Shown: one piece after another, positions 1 to 8,462 of the stretch
Layout: the number at the start of each line of letters is the position of its first letter
How positions within the stretch are numbered: position 1 is the stretch's first letter
The notes under the pieces: generated by a model
What the model was told of the DNA's origin: nothing
Seen by the model: the letters and a program-made list of their open reading frames with translations, nothing else
Databases searched by the model: none
Source: an uncultured Thalassotalea sp.
Lineage (GTDB): Bacteria > Pseudomonadota > Gammaproteobacteria > Enterobacterales > Alteromonadaceae
DNA: 32,000 nucleotides
Assembly (NCBI GenBank): GCA_947502355.1
Contig: CANMZP010000007.1
Location: forward strand, 43,775-75,774
Reading direction: 5' to 3'
Program-made: the position numbers and the translations under genes

Positions 1-192
1 CTTAGATTCTAGACTTCTCTGCTCATCAACATCTAATTCATCTAAAGCAGCTAAGACAACAAGTTCTACAAAATCCTGTAACAAAATTATCCCAGCGGTA
101 CATGAATGTTTATCACCTGAGTTAACTAGATATTTTGTTTCACCAAAAATCGATTTTGCAACCAACAGTGTATTTAATGTCGATGATTTCAT
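1..192 (-). CDS. hypothetical protein, N-terminal part only (gene runs off the left edge)
   Basis: ATG at 192-190, with GGAG 4 nt upstream (ctcc at 197-200 on the + strand). The frame is open to position 1 and reads MKSSTLNTLLVAKSIFGETKYLVNSGDKHSCTAGIILLQDFVELVV... It is co-directional with, and 105 bp downstream of, the SIR2-like gene. Confidence 0.4.
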   Translation of the reverse strand, partial: MKSSTLNTLLVAKSIFGETKYLVNSGDKHSCTAGIILLQDFVELVVLAALDELDVDEQRSLESK

Positions 193-296
193 ATTGCTCC
201 TATAAAAAAACTTAAGCCGCATTAAGGTGCGACAAGCGCGTGCCATACTAGTGAGCGAAGCGAAACCGGCACGCGTTTGGAGTCACTCTTAAATGC

Positions 297-1469
297 TTAG
301 GCCTTTCTTCGATAACTAAAAAGAAAATCAACCGCTTCAGATGAAAAGCCATCATAGAAAAATTCAGACTTATCATCATCAAAGAATTTATAGCAACTCC
401 TTAGCTCATCTCTTCCTTTAGCATTAGTTCTGAAATCTACCACTTTGATGAAATCTTTGAGTTTATCAAGCATTTCAAAATCCCAGTTAACCTCTTGATA
501 ATTTTGAGCCATTTTAAACAATGTTACTTTGAGGTAATCATCATGTTCTGGTAGAGAGAATCCAATAATATTTAAACCAAAGTGTCCTCCCCCTACCTGA
601 CCGAGACCATGCCAGAAATCTATAAATGGTGTGGCATACACGATCTTCATGTATGAGGGAGATAAAATCAGGGGTATACCAGGAGGAGAAGCGTTACTGT
701 AGAAGTCGTCAATATGTCTTAGACGATATACGTTATTAAGGGGGTCTTCTTCGCTACGAAGACCATCAACTAAAGGGTATGCTCCATATCTATCACCGCT
801 GTTGAAAATGGGATCATTTGGAGCACCGTCAACCCCCTGTTTTTTAAAAGCTTCAACACCTGACAAGTATTGCTTATTACTAAACCAATCTAAAGATCCA
901 TGTAATTTCAAAATTTTCACTTCTTCTAGCGAATCATCGATCGTGTTTGAATACTGACTAACGGACTTATATCTATAAGGGAAAAGACGATAAGCCTTCC
1001 CTACAAACTCTAAAGCACGTTCTAATATAACATCATAATTTAGTGTAATAACGAGGTCTGTTGCTTGAAGTTGCTTCGCAAAATCATAATACGCTTGAGG
1101 AAGTGCATCAGGTGCTGGGGTTCGTTCATGTATAACTTGACCAATATATCTTTTGATAAACATTTGAGCAGAATTACCATGTTCACTGATAGTGTCACTG
1201 CCTTCAAGCCACAAAAAATGCTCAATATCTAAAAAAGTCATAAAGTGCTCTAAGTCAATATTATCTATACTAACTTCAACACCATCAGCACGTTTTCGAT
1301 ATTCTATATATTCATATAGTGAGCGATGAAATTTAGTCTCTTGACCATGATTTCGCTCAATTCTTGTTCTCACTTCTTTATAAAGTTCTACAGCTGTTGG
1401 TAAGCCAGCAGGTACAGAGAATCCAGCTCCAATTATAAATACTCTAAAGCTATTTTTATCTTCCGACAT
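297..1469 (-). CDS. SIR2-like (SIR2_2-type) domain protein, putative NAD-consuming defence effector
   Basis: 390-aa ORF. N-terminal Rossmann motif FIIGAGFSVPAGLPT, then ITLNYDVILERA (catalytic Asn context) and ILKLHGSLDWF (catalytic His context), as in SIR2_2 defence proteins. The C-terminal ~150 aa are unassigned. Confidence 0.75.
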   Translation of the reverse strand: MSEDKNSFRVFIIGAGFSVPAGLPTAVELYKEVRTRIERNHGQETKFHRSLYEYIEYRKRADGVEVSIDNIDLEHFMTFLDIEHFLWLEGSDTISEHGNSAQMFIKRYIGQVIHERTPAPDALPQAYYDFAKQLQATDLVITLNYDVILERALEFVGKAYRLFPYRYKSVSQYSNTIDDSLEEVKILKLHGSLDWFSNKQYLSGVEAFKKQGVDGAPNDPIFNSGDRYGAYPLVDGLRSEEDPLNNVYRLRHIDDFYSNASPPGIPLILSPSYMKIVYATPFIDFWHGLGQVGGGHFGLNIIGFSLPEHDDYLKVTLFKMAQNYQEVNWDFEMLDKLKDFIKVVDFRTNAKGRDELRSCYKFFDDDKSEFFYDGFSSEAVDFLFSYRRKA

Positions 1470-2106
1470 ATTTTCTTCTTATTAATATTAAAGTGAATGT
1501 GTTCACAAAAGTCCAACGCCATCTTAAGTGGCTAAATATAGTTAATTAAAATATTGAACGATGTGAAAATAGACAACTGTATTTTGTCAGTTTGAAGTTC
1601 TTATGTGTTTTTGAGCGCCAATTGATAGTCATTTCAAGCACTCGCCCAACTTTTGAAAAACAACCTGTGTTATGTACTCAACTCACGCATATGATTGAAT
1701 ACTTCAGCAACACCATCAGCACACCAGAAATCAAGTATTATTGGGCAATAGGAAATGGACCTTCACTTCTACGAGAAGATAAACCAAACACTTTTTAAGC
1801 ATTTAATTTAACTGGAAAAAAACATTAAAACAAACTTTATTTGTTCTGATTGAAATAATGCACTCTCCAGCGTTTGAATGCTCAATTGCGAGTATTGATG
1901 CATTAGAAAAAGTATTGAATGATATGAACAGGTAAATGTCCGGTAAGCGAACAGAGTTAGCATTAGCAGTTTTATGATGAATGACCGCTTCGGTGGCTTA
2001 ACCGCCGTACAATAATATCAGAACCTACATGCTGAACACCCGTAATTGCCACAGTATAGGGCCCGACAGATATAACTGCGTCGTTACTCCTAGATTTAAA
2101 CATAAT

Positions 2107-2138
2107 AAAAAGGCTCAATAAAAATATTGAGCCTTTTT
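2107..2138 (-). terminator. rho-independent terminator downstream of parB (bidirectional shape)
   Basis: aaaaaGGCTCAA-taaaaata-TTGAGCCttttt. The stem is flanked by an A-run and a T-run and lies 16 bp after the parB stop. Confidence 0.7.
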
Positions 2139-2153
2139 GGAAAGTTTGAAATA

Positions 2154-3092
2154 TTACTTTTGAAGTTCTTTAATAAAATCCAATAGCAATTTCTCTTTTT
2201 CTTCAGTCAACGACTTAGAGGTAAACTTCAGAGCTAAAGAACCATTGGCTGCCTTTGTAGCCTTGATGCCTTTAACTTCCTTTAAATCGTCCCACATTGA
2301 AGGTTTTGGTGGCTGTTTTCTTTTGGCCTTCTTGCCCTGGAGTAAACCTAAAATTTCAGATTCCAACTTCACCGCTTTAGTCCTTACAGTTTCCAAAGTA
2401 TCGTCTGAATCAACATCAAATTTGGATACTGTACTTATCGCCTTCAAAAGCTTATCTTCATCCTCTTTCTTAGCTTTTATGGCGTCTCGCAAAAAGGTGT
2501 AGCTAATACATGTCAAAGAAGGGAACAAATCAAACAATGAATCTGGCAATTTAGTGAAATTCATAACTTCTGAGGCTTGGCCAGTAGAAATTTCAAATGC
2601 TTCACTGATATCATCCAAAGTTACCTTGTCTTCAGAAGCTTTGCGGTAAGCAATAAGGCTGAAACCTAAATCCACTTTGGTTGGTTTAGAATATTCATCA
2701 GAACGCTTTGCTAGTTTCTTCTTTTCCTCTTCGGTTAAGCCCTCATACAAATGGATGTGGAACTCGCCATCCTTAAGCATGGAAACACAGTAACTTCTTC
2801 GCATACCAGCCAAGATATAAATAATATCTCCATCTTTATAACCAATGGCCGGTACGGAGTTTTTCTTAGCAGACTTTATTTCTGGAAAGATATCCAAAAC
2901 AGAGGCTAACGATAAGTGTTCAGCACTTCGCGTATTATATGGACTCTTTTTTGTTTGATCGTTAATTTCACTGCTTTTAATCACATGAGCAGTAGCAAAT
3001 ATATCTCTGTCACCGGCAGGGGAGGGCACTTTAAACTTTTTAGTTCGTTCGGCTCTACCTCGAACTGGTGCACCAGCTTTTAATAGACTCAT
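2154..3092 (-). CDS. parB: ParB-family partition protein (plasmid/chromid type)
   Basis: 312-aa ORF beginning 2 nt after the parA stop. It has a ParB-box-like LAGMRRS (GxRR) motif and a helix-turn-helix-like segment DISEAFEISTGQASEV. Confidence 0.8.
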   Translation of the reverse strand: MSLLKAGAPVRGRAERTKKFKVPSPAGDRDIFATAHVIKSSEINDQTKKSPYNTRSAEHLSLASVLDIFPEIKSAKKNSVPAIGYKDGDIIYILAGMRRSYCVSMLKDGEFHIHLYEGLTEEEKKKLAKRSDEYSKPTKVDLGFSLIAYRKASEDKVTLDDISEAFEISTGQASEVMNFTKLPDSLFDLFPSLTCISYTFLRDAIKAKKEDEDKLLKAISTVSKFDVDSDDTLETVRTKAVKLESEILGLLQGKKAKRKQPPKPSMWDDLKEVKGIKATKAANGSLALKFTSKSLTEEKEKLLLDFIKELQK

Positions 3093-3094
3093 AA

Positions 3095-4324
3095 TTATTT
3101 GACCCCATATTTTTCAATTACAGTAATAAACTCGCGCTTAACAGTATTTAAGCTTAAAAGCGCCTTATCTAATTGTTTATCAGAACAGAATTTTTCGACT
3201 TTGCGAATATCTAAAACAGTTCTTAAATTCTGACTTGCTTGTTCAAATGCCGTAGATCGGGCAATTGAGTTATAAAACATATCTTCACCCAATGCTCTTT
3301 GCATTCTCTTGATGATATTCATATCTCTATCATGTTCATCATCAAAGTTAGTTGCTAAGACTTTCCACCATTTTAAGTTTTCGCCTCTTGAAGGTAGTTG
3401 CTCTGTAATTCCTGGTAGAATTTTCATGAAGTTTGAAGTACTTTTCCAATCCAGTGCATGTGGTGTACATGGCACTAACAAGCCGTTAGCTGCTTCTAGA
3501 GCTGTCCACACTAGTGGGTTAAGCTGTGGAGCGGTATCAATAAAAATGAAGTCAAAATGAGGTTTTAGTACGTCAATAACTTTAGTTTTTAATAATGACA
3601 GGAAATCAGTTGTTTCATCGCCATTCCATTGCTGATCCCAAGCCATGCTATTGAAGCGTTCATCATTAGAAAAAGCTGGAAGTATCTTCAGGTTTGGAAT
3701 GTGGGTGGTTAACAGTGATTCAAGTACAATTTCTTCATGCATAAAGCCTTCATCAAGGAATTCTTGATAAACAGAGTCTTCCTCATACTCACCAAGCATC
3801 AAATCAACGGCAGTTAAAATATCGCCATCGCTTTCTACATCGATGTTTGAATATTCACTTTGAGAGCCTTGAGGGTCAAGGTCAATAACCAATGTACGTG
3901 GGCGTTCCTGATAATCTAAAGCAATAGAAGCTGCTAGGCTGATACAGCTATTAGATTTGCCTGTACCGCCTTTCAAGTTTTCAATGATGATTACTTGAGC
4001 TTCAGTAAATCTATCTGACCACTTAGGTTGTTCAAACAAATCCATTGTTTTTTGGGTATGTTCAATAGTAAATCGGTATTGGTTCGCAACCTTTTCAATT
4101 TCTTCTAAAAGCCCTGTTTTAACGGCTTCTGCAACTCTATCCATTAGGGTAGGCTTAGAAACACCACATAATTGAGCGACTTCTGTAGCGGGCTTTGTAT
4201 GATTGAAAATCAGCCTATCAAAGCCATCTTTGGTTTTTGTTTTTTTGCCGACTTTCTTTTTGTGTTCTTGTTCGTCTTGAGTAATGCGGTTTGAAGCATC
4301 TCTTAATTGCTGCGTTATAGTCAT
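3095..4324 (-). CDS. parA: ParA partition ATPase, type Ia (long N-terminal HTH extension)
   Basis: Deviant Walker A IENLKGGTGKSNS and VIDLDPQGS. The N-terminal ~100 aa carry an HTH (ATEVAQLCGVSKPTLMDRV). I prefer the ATG at 4324 (MTITQQLRD) because AAGGTGG lies 4 nt upstream. The track ORF extends to 4435 without an SD. Confidence 0.88.
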   Translation of the reverse strand: MTITQQLRDASNRITQDEQEHKKKVGKKTKTKDGFDRLIFNHTKPATEVAQLCGVSKPTLMDRVAEAVKTGLLEEIEKVANQYRFTIEHTQKTMDLFEQPKWSDRFTEAQVIIIENLKGGTGKSNSCISLAASIALDYQERPRTLVIDLDPQGSQSEYSNIDVESDGDILTAVDLMLGEYEEDSVYQEFLDEGFMHEEIVLESLLTTHIPNLKILPAFSNDERFNSMAWDQQWNGDETTDFLSLLKTKVIDVLKPHFDFIFIDTAPQLNPLVWTALEAANGLLVPCTPHALDWKSTSNFMKILPGITEQLPSRGENLKWWKVLATNFDDEHDRDMNIIKRMQRALGEDMFYNSIARSTAFEQASQNLRTVLDIRKVEKFCSDKQLDKALLSLNTVKREFITVIEKYGVK

Positions 4325-5572
4325 ATTCCACCTTATTATTGCTTTTAGCGTTCTCAACCAAAAATCACCAAGAGAACGATATATTCCAAATATAACACCA
4401 AAACAAGTTTTTAGGCAATAACTAAAATAAACCAAATAAAAAAATACCTACGAATAAATTTATTTCGCAATAATGGTCAATAAACATTACTCCGTAATTT
4501 TTTACCTAGATAAGGTTAGGGAGATTGTGACTTAAAAGGGAGCATATGAGCACTCTTAGTTTATGTAAAATAAGCGCGGTTTTAGACCGGTGTTAACAAC
4601 GAGAAAGCAATTGAGCCACTTACTAATAGAAAACAATATTAAGTTAATGAATCCAATGAAATAGCCTTAAAACAGCTTACAGAGACTTTACTAACTTCTT
4701 AAAATTGATAACTAACATACTAAGACTAAAACCCCTAGCTGATAATCCGAACAAAGATATTCAGCAATCAGTGAAAATTGCATATTACGACGCCAACCAG
4801 CTACCGTTTCTACACAGCGTATCGGTTACAAGTAAATACATTTAATTGGCCACAAGGGGACTAAAAGTGGTTGTAATCGAGTTAAAGCTCAATTGCTAGT
4901 AGTCAAGTGCCATGAAAAAATAGCTAACGCTCGAGTTGATTTCCAATCATAAAGCCTCTAGAGATCTCGTTGACGAAACTAATCTTGAATAGTTGAGACA
5001 TTGAAATCAGCTAATCAGATGAAAAACGTAAACTGGCCAAACAGGTAGCTGATGCCTCATGGCATAGCTTTATCGTAACCGTAGAGAATACCCCGTGAAC
5101 TGAACGAAGCAAAGTCGCGGGATAGTTTACTGTTAAGTCGGAATAAAAGCTGATAAGCACCTAGTGAAATTCGAACAGTGGTAAGCCTCCTATAAGGATT
5201 GCCATAATTGCGGTTTATAACTTATTGAAAGCCCTAATTATAATTAGTTCGCAAATGGGATTGCCCTCTTAGGGACCCTAGATATAGATCGCGACTTAAA
5301 TGCCCTTAATATCTCTGATAAAAGCATTCTTGAATTAAAAGCGGCAAGGGGGCGTATCTGCTTATGTAAGCTGTGCAATTATCGATACTATAGAGAAACG
5401 GCTAACTAAATAAGAGGCAAGTCTAGATAGGGCGATGAGAAGTCCGATGTCACCATGAATTTGACTCCAAATAGTATTTAATCAGGGGGGTAAGGCAAAA
5501 TGGCTTACCTGTAAAAGGAAAAATCAAAGAAGTGAAAGGAATGGTTTTTTCGAAAGAGTAGGGCGATTCACT

Positions 5573-5619
5573 CTTGAAAAAGTTACATAATCAAATGTTG
5601 ATTTTGTAACTTTTTCAAG
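5573..5619. repeat. perfect 15-bp inverted repeat (CTTGAAAAAGTTACA / TGTAACTTTTTCAAG) with a 17-nt spacer; possible rep terminator or protein-binding site
   Basis: Arms at 5573-5587 and 5605-5619. The spacer contains a nested ATCAA-atg-TTGAT palindrome. It lies 49 bp downstream of the rep stop. There is no T-run after the stem, so it is not a canonical terminator. Confidence 0.55.
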
Positions 5620-5667
5620 TTGATAATCAGCTCATCACCATGCTTTGAACAAAATCTGTGAATAAGA

Positions 5668-7323
5668 TCATTTATTTTGGGCAATCATTTCTTTGATCAA
5701 AGCTTCAAATTGGTACATTGCCAAATCTTTCCTGATATTAAGGAATGTTAAATCCCTCGAAGCATCTGGATAGCATATTATGAAGTTTTCAACAGACTCT
5801 TGGGACAAGACACCATGAATTGTAGCTTGGTTAATTAACCAGGATTTATAAGCTCCTAACGTATTTCGGGTTAGAACTTCATAAAGTGGTGTTTTCACAT
5901 CATGAATATCTAATACTGCCTTCTGCGCCCAAATGCCAAATTTATTTTGCTTAGCCAGCTTTAGAAATTGAGTATCTTTCACAGCGATACCTTCATCTGT
6001 ATTTACAAACAAAGTTAATGCTTGTTCCCATCGAGCACGTTTATATGCATTGAAATACCGGTTTAATCTTCGAGCATGTTTTAGCAATAGTTCACGACGT
6101 TCCTCATTTTCTTCGTGGGATTTTTTTTGTTCCGGATCTATCTTGGATTCTTTTAGAAACTTTTTAATTAGTGATTCAATGTGCTTTGATTTTGGTGTTC
6201 GAAAGCAAGTAGCTGCATAGTTGTAAATTTTACTATTTTCTTTTGAGAAATAGCCATCTATCCACTGTTGGTAAATTGCCGTTGAGATACACAAAATTTG
6301 ATTTGTTGCTAATTGAGGCTGTTCCACAAATTTATACTGAGTCAGAAATTCATTAGCAAATTTATCTACTAGTCTAAATTGTTTAAGAATATTGAAAAGA
6401 ACATCTCCGCTATAAGAGGTTTTGGGATCAACAAAATATTGATTCCAATAATTTTTAAGAATTTGGGTCAATTGATTAGGATCTAGTGGTGAAGAATCAT
6501 CACTCTCTAACGTGCCAATAGCAATGTTAAAAGACTCTTTTTCTTCCAGAACAAACACTAACTTATCAATTCTTCTACCTTTCTTGATGGTTTCAACATC
6601 GGTAATAGAAAAATTGATGTGTGGATTATTATTTAGGGTTTCTACTGCCGGAGTTATTACACTTCTATTAAAATATCTAAAATCTGTCGCACCAGTTTTT
6701 TCGTTGATGTATTGGTCAGAAAGGTTCATAAACCTTTTAAGTTCTTCAATACCGATTATCTGAGTTCTTCCATTGGATACATAGGGTAGGCAAAGAAGGA
6801 TAAGGTTTTTGGCAGCGTTTGCACCTTTATCGCCAGATAATGATGTAAACATATTAAGTTCTATACGATATTTTTCTTCTAATGGCGTATTTTGTAAGAC
6901 CTCAATCAGCTCTTTTAAGATCCGATACTCCAAAGCAACAACATTACTCTCATCGTCATGAGTAACTTTAGTAGGGCCAAGTGCTTGGAAACTTTCTTGA
7001 ACTGTTTGTTTACTGTTTAGGATGTACTCATTTTTAGTGATAATTGTGGTTTGTAATTCAAGTAATTTTTCTTCAAGTCTTGAATATGACCATCGAGTAC
7101 CTAAGGATCGCCAGATTTCACCAATAGGTATTTCCGTGTTATTAACCGGATATTTCTTACTTTCAGAGTCAGAAAGTAATGCTGCCCAAATCTTAAATGA
7201 GGGAAGGGACATTTTTTGGTACATCTCTAATATTTGTCTAGGCGCAGTAAAAAAGCCTTCATCAATTAGGGCCGTACCTTGTTTTTCATCTGTTAAGTTT
7301 AATGATAATCCGTTATTGTTCAT
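5668..7323 (-). CDS. putative replication initiator (Rep) of the iteron origin
   Basis: 551-aa ORF directly abutting the iteron field, with inverted iteron units in its promoter and parAB on its other side. I recognised no family motif, so the call rests on context. Confidence 0.6.
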   Translation of the reverse strand: MNNNGLSLNLTDEKQGTALIDEGFFTAPRQILEMYQKMSLPSFKIWAALLSDSESKKYPVNNTEIPIGEIWRSLGTRWSYSRLEEKLLELQTTIITKNEYILNSKQTVQESFQALGPTKVTHDDESNVVALEYRILKELIEVLQNTPLEEKYRIELNMFTSLSGDKGANAAKNLILLCLPYVSNGRTQIIGIEELKRFMNLSDQYINEKTGATDFRYFNRSVITPAVETLNNNPHINFSITDVETIKKGRRIDKLVFVLEEKESFNIAIGTLESDDSSPLDPNQLTQILKNYWNQYFVDPKTSYSGDVLFNILKQFRLVDKFANEFLTQYKFVEQPQLATNQILCISTAIYQQWIDGYFSKENSKIYNYAATCFRTPKSKHIESLIKKFLKESKIDPEQKKSHEENEERRELLLKHARRLNRYFNAYKRARWEQALTLFVNTDEGIAVKDTQFLKLAKQNKFGIWAQKAVLDIHDVKTPLYEVLTRNTLGAYKSWLINQATIHGVLSQESVENFIICYPDASRDLTFLNIRKDLAMYQFEALIKEMIAQNK

Positions 7324-7358
7324 ATTATATATTTTTTTTAGTACATCTTCCTAATTGG

Positions 7359-7483
7359 AACCTGTAAAATTCGTGATTTAAAAGTCACAATTCGATGTTA
7401 TGCTGTAAATCGAAAAGGATCAACAAAGATCTGACTATTTCTAAAAATACCTGTAAAACCCATTGGGGTGTTCATCACATTTG
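7359..7483 (-). repeat. two iteron units in inverted orientation in the rep promoter region (likely autoregulatory operator)
   Basis: AACCTGTAAAAttcgtgatttaaaaGTCACAATT (7359-7392) and ACCTGTAAAAcccattggggtgttcATCACATTT (about 7449-7483). These are reverse complements of the AATGTGA...TTTTACAGGTT unit. Confidence 0.5.
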
Positions 7484-7626
7484 GTTTTCACTTAAATACA
7501 TGCTTGTTTATATATAGTAATAAAGAATAAGAGATCTCTTTCTCTTAACTTTCTTAAGAAAGAAGAGGCATTACAACTACTCTACAAGCCATTAAAAACA
7601 AGGGTTTCATTTTTTTTTCAAGTTTA

Positions 7627-7828
7627 AATGTGATCAGCCATCCAGAAAACAACCTGTAAAACCCTCTTAATGTGATCAATCCCCCAAAAATGTCGGTTTA
7701 ATGTGATCATTCTCCCAGTGGATAAACCTGTTTTACCCGTGGGGGGCGGATCACAATTAACTGGAGCATTGATCACATTAAAATTGAAGTCTTTTTAATG
7801 TGATCAGGGCCCCAATCTTATGTGATCA
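7627..7828. repeat. cluster of seven GATC-bearing (T/A)ATGTGATCA repeats, five direct and two inverted
   Basis: Direct copies at 7627-7636, 7669-7678, 7700-7709, 7797-7806 and 7819-7828. Inverted copies at 7748-7758 and 7770-7780. Each contains a Dam site (GATC). Confidence 0.75.
7717..7725 (-). promoter_or_regulatory. DnaA-box-like 9-mer
   Basis: agtggataa on the + strand equals TTATCCACT on the - strand, an 8/9 match to TTATCCACA. It lies inside the GATC repeat cluster. Confidence 0.35.
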
Positions 7829-7973
7829 ATCCCCCAACGGGTAAAAATAGGGGTTTTACAGCTATATGTGACTTTCGCCCCAGTGATGAACCTGTAATTT
7901 TTATATCGAACCAATTTAGCGGGGACCCCAAAACTATAGCTTTTAAAGAGCTAAAGCCTATTTTTACTACCTA

Positions 7974-8368
7974 AATGTGATCTACTATCCACTATTTTTT
8001 CAGATTAAGGCTTTGCTCATTGGGTCTTAAGACATTTTAAGTCATCGTAACTGTGATGTTTTATCAACAAAAACTACAGGTTTTGATCTTTATGTGACCT
8101 AGCATTCCTTATTTTTACAGGTTTACGGGGTAAATGTGATAATCAATCCAGTGATTTTTCAAGTTTCACTTTAAATGTGACAAACAGGACAGCGATTTTA
8201 CAGTTTAGACAATTTACGTGACTTGCTATCCATGATTTTTACAGGTTTGGCCTTAATGTGAATTATCATCCAGTTATTTTACAGGTTCACAGGTTAATTG
8301 TGATAATGAATTTAGTATTTTTACAGGTTAGTCCCTTAATGTGATCTTCAATCCAGTATTTTTACAAT
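7974..8368 (+). repeat. array of nine composite iterons, eight of them phased at 40-42 bp
   Basis: Unit consensus is AATGTGAt-n5-ATCCAGT-a-TTTTTACAGGTT. TGTGA cores start at 7976, 8052, 8093, 8135, 8176, 8217, 8257, 8299 and 8340, giving spacings of 76, 41, 42, 41, 41, 40, 42 and 41 bp. Confidence 0.8.
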
Positions 8369-8462
8369 TTCCAATATGGATTTTATACCATATGAAAAAT
8401 GGAAGTGGTTATAGCGGTTTAGGCCTGTGAGTTGACCTTAACAGACCAAGTAAAAAACAGAA

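Larger units (their letters stand above)
7340..8370. other. iteron-type origin of replication region
   Basis: About 1 kb with no credible ORF, containing at least 17 copies of an (A/T)ATGTGA(TCA) core and many TTTTACAGGTT partners. It also has an AT-rich stretch at about 7487-7560 (candidate unwinding element) and a DnaA-box-like 9-mer. It sits between rep and tus. Confidence 0.75.

Noticed and set aside
205-300. Possible integron attC site flanking the SIR2-like gene (GCTTAGGCC resembles the R' core GTTAGGC).
   Set aside because: The cores do not fit the RYYYAAC / GTTRRRY consensus on either strand. No matching element bounds the other side of the gene (1470-1560). No integrase or further cassettes are visible.
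1592-1798. Track ORFs in intergenic DNA: 1592..1798 (TTG start), 9234..9497 and 12709..12993.
   Set aside because: They have no ribosome-binding sites and odd composition. They overlap promoter or regulatory regions: the tus upstream/Ter site, and the divergent promoter plus the 38-aa minus-strand ORF.
3095-4435. The long 446-aa version of ParA starting at 4435.
   Set aside because: The extra 37 residues are hydrophobic and Cys/Phe-rich and lack an SD. The ATG at 4324 has AAGGTGG upstream and gives a typical ~409-aa type Ia ParA.
4868-4882. Additional GTTGTAA-containing Ter-like cores here and at 12361-12375 and 17494-17509.
   Set aside because: Only the 7-8-bp core matches. The G6 position and the flanking bases differ (11/17 or fewer matches), which is compatible with chance in 64 kb of two-strand sequence.
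5561-5571. GTGAATCGCCC (reverse strand) resembles the P1 parS boxA/boxB junction GTGAAATCGCCA.
   Set aside because: It is a single occurrence with an indel, and there are no additional ATTTCAC heptamers in the expected arrangement. That is not enough to call parS.
4436-5667. Group II intron remnant or a known giant ncRNA (GOLLD/ROOL/OLE-like) in the ORF-free spacer.
   Set aside because: I could not find a GUGYG 5' end, a domain-V-like hairpin or any motif I can tie to those RNA classes. It is kept only as an unexplained region in the findings.
7974-8368. The regularly spaced ~41-bp repeat array could be mistaken for a CRISPR array.
   Set aside because: The whole 41-bp unit is conserved in two or three blocks, leaving only 5-9 variable nucleotides, so there are no spacer-sized unique inserts. 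Copies also occur inverted and at other spacings nearby. No cas genes are present. The array sits between rep and tus, so these are iterons.
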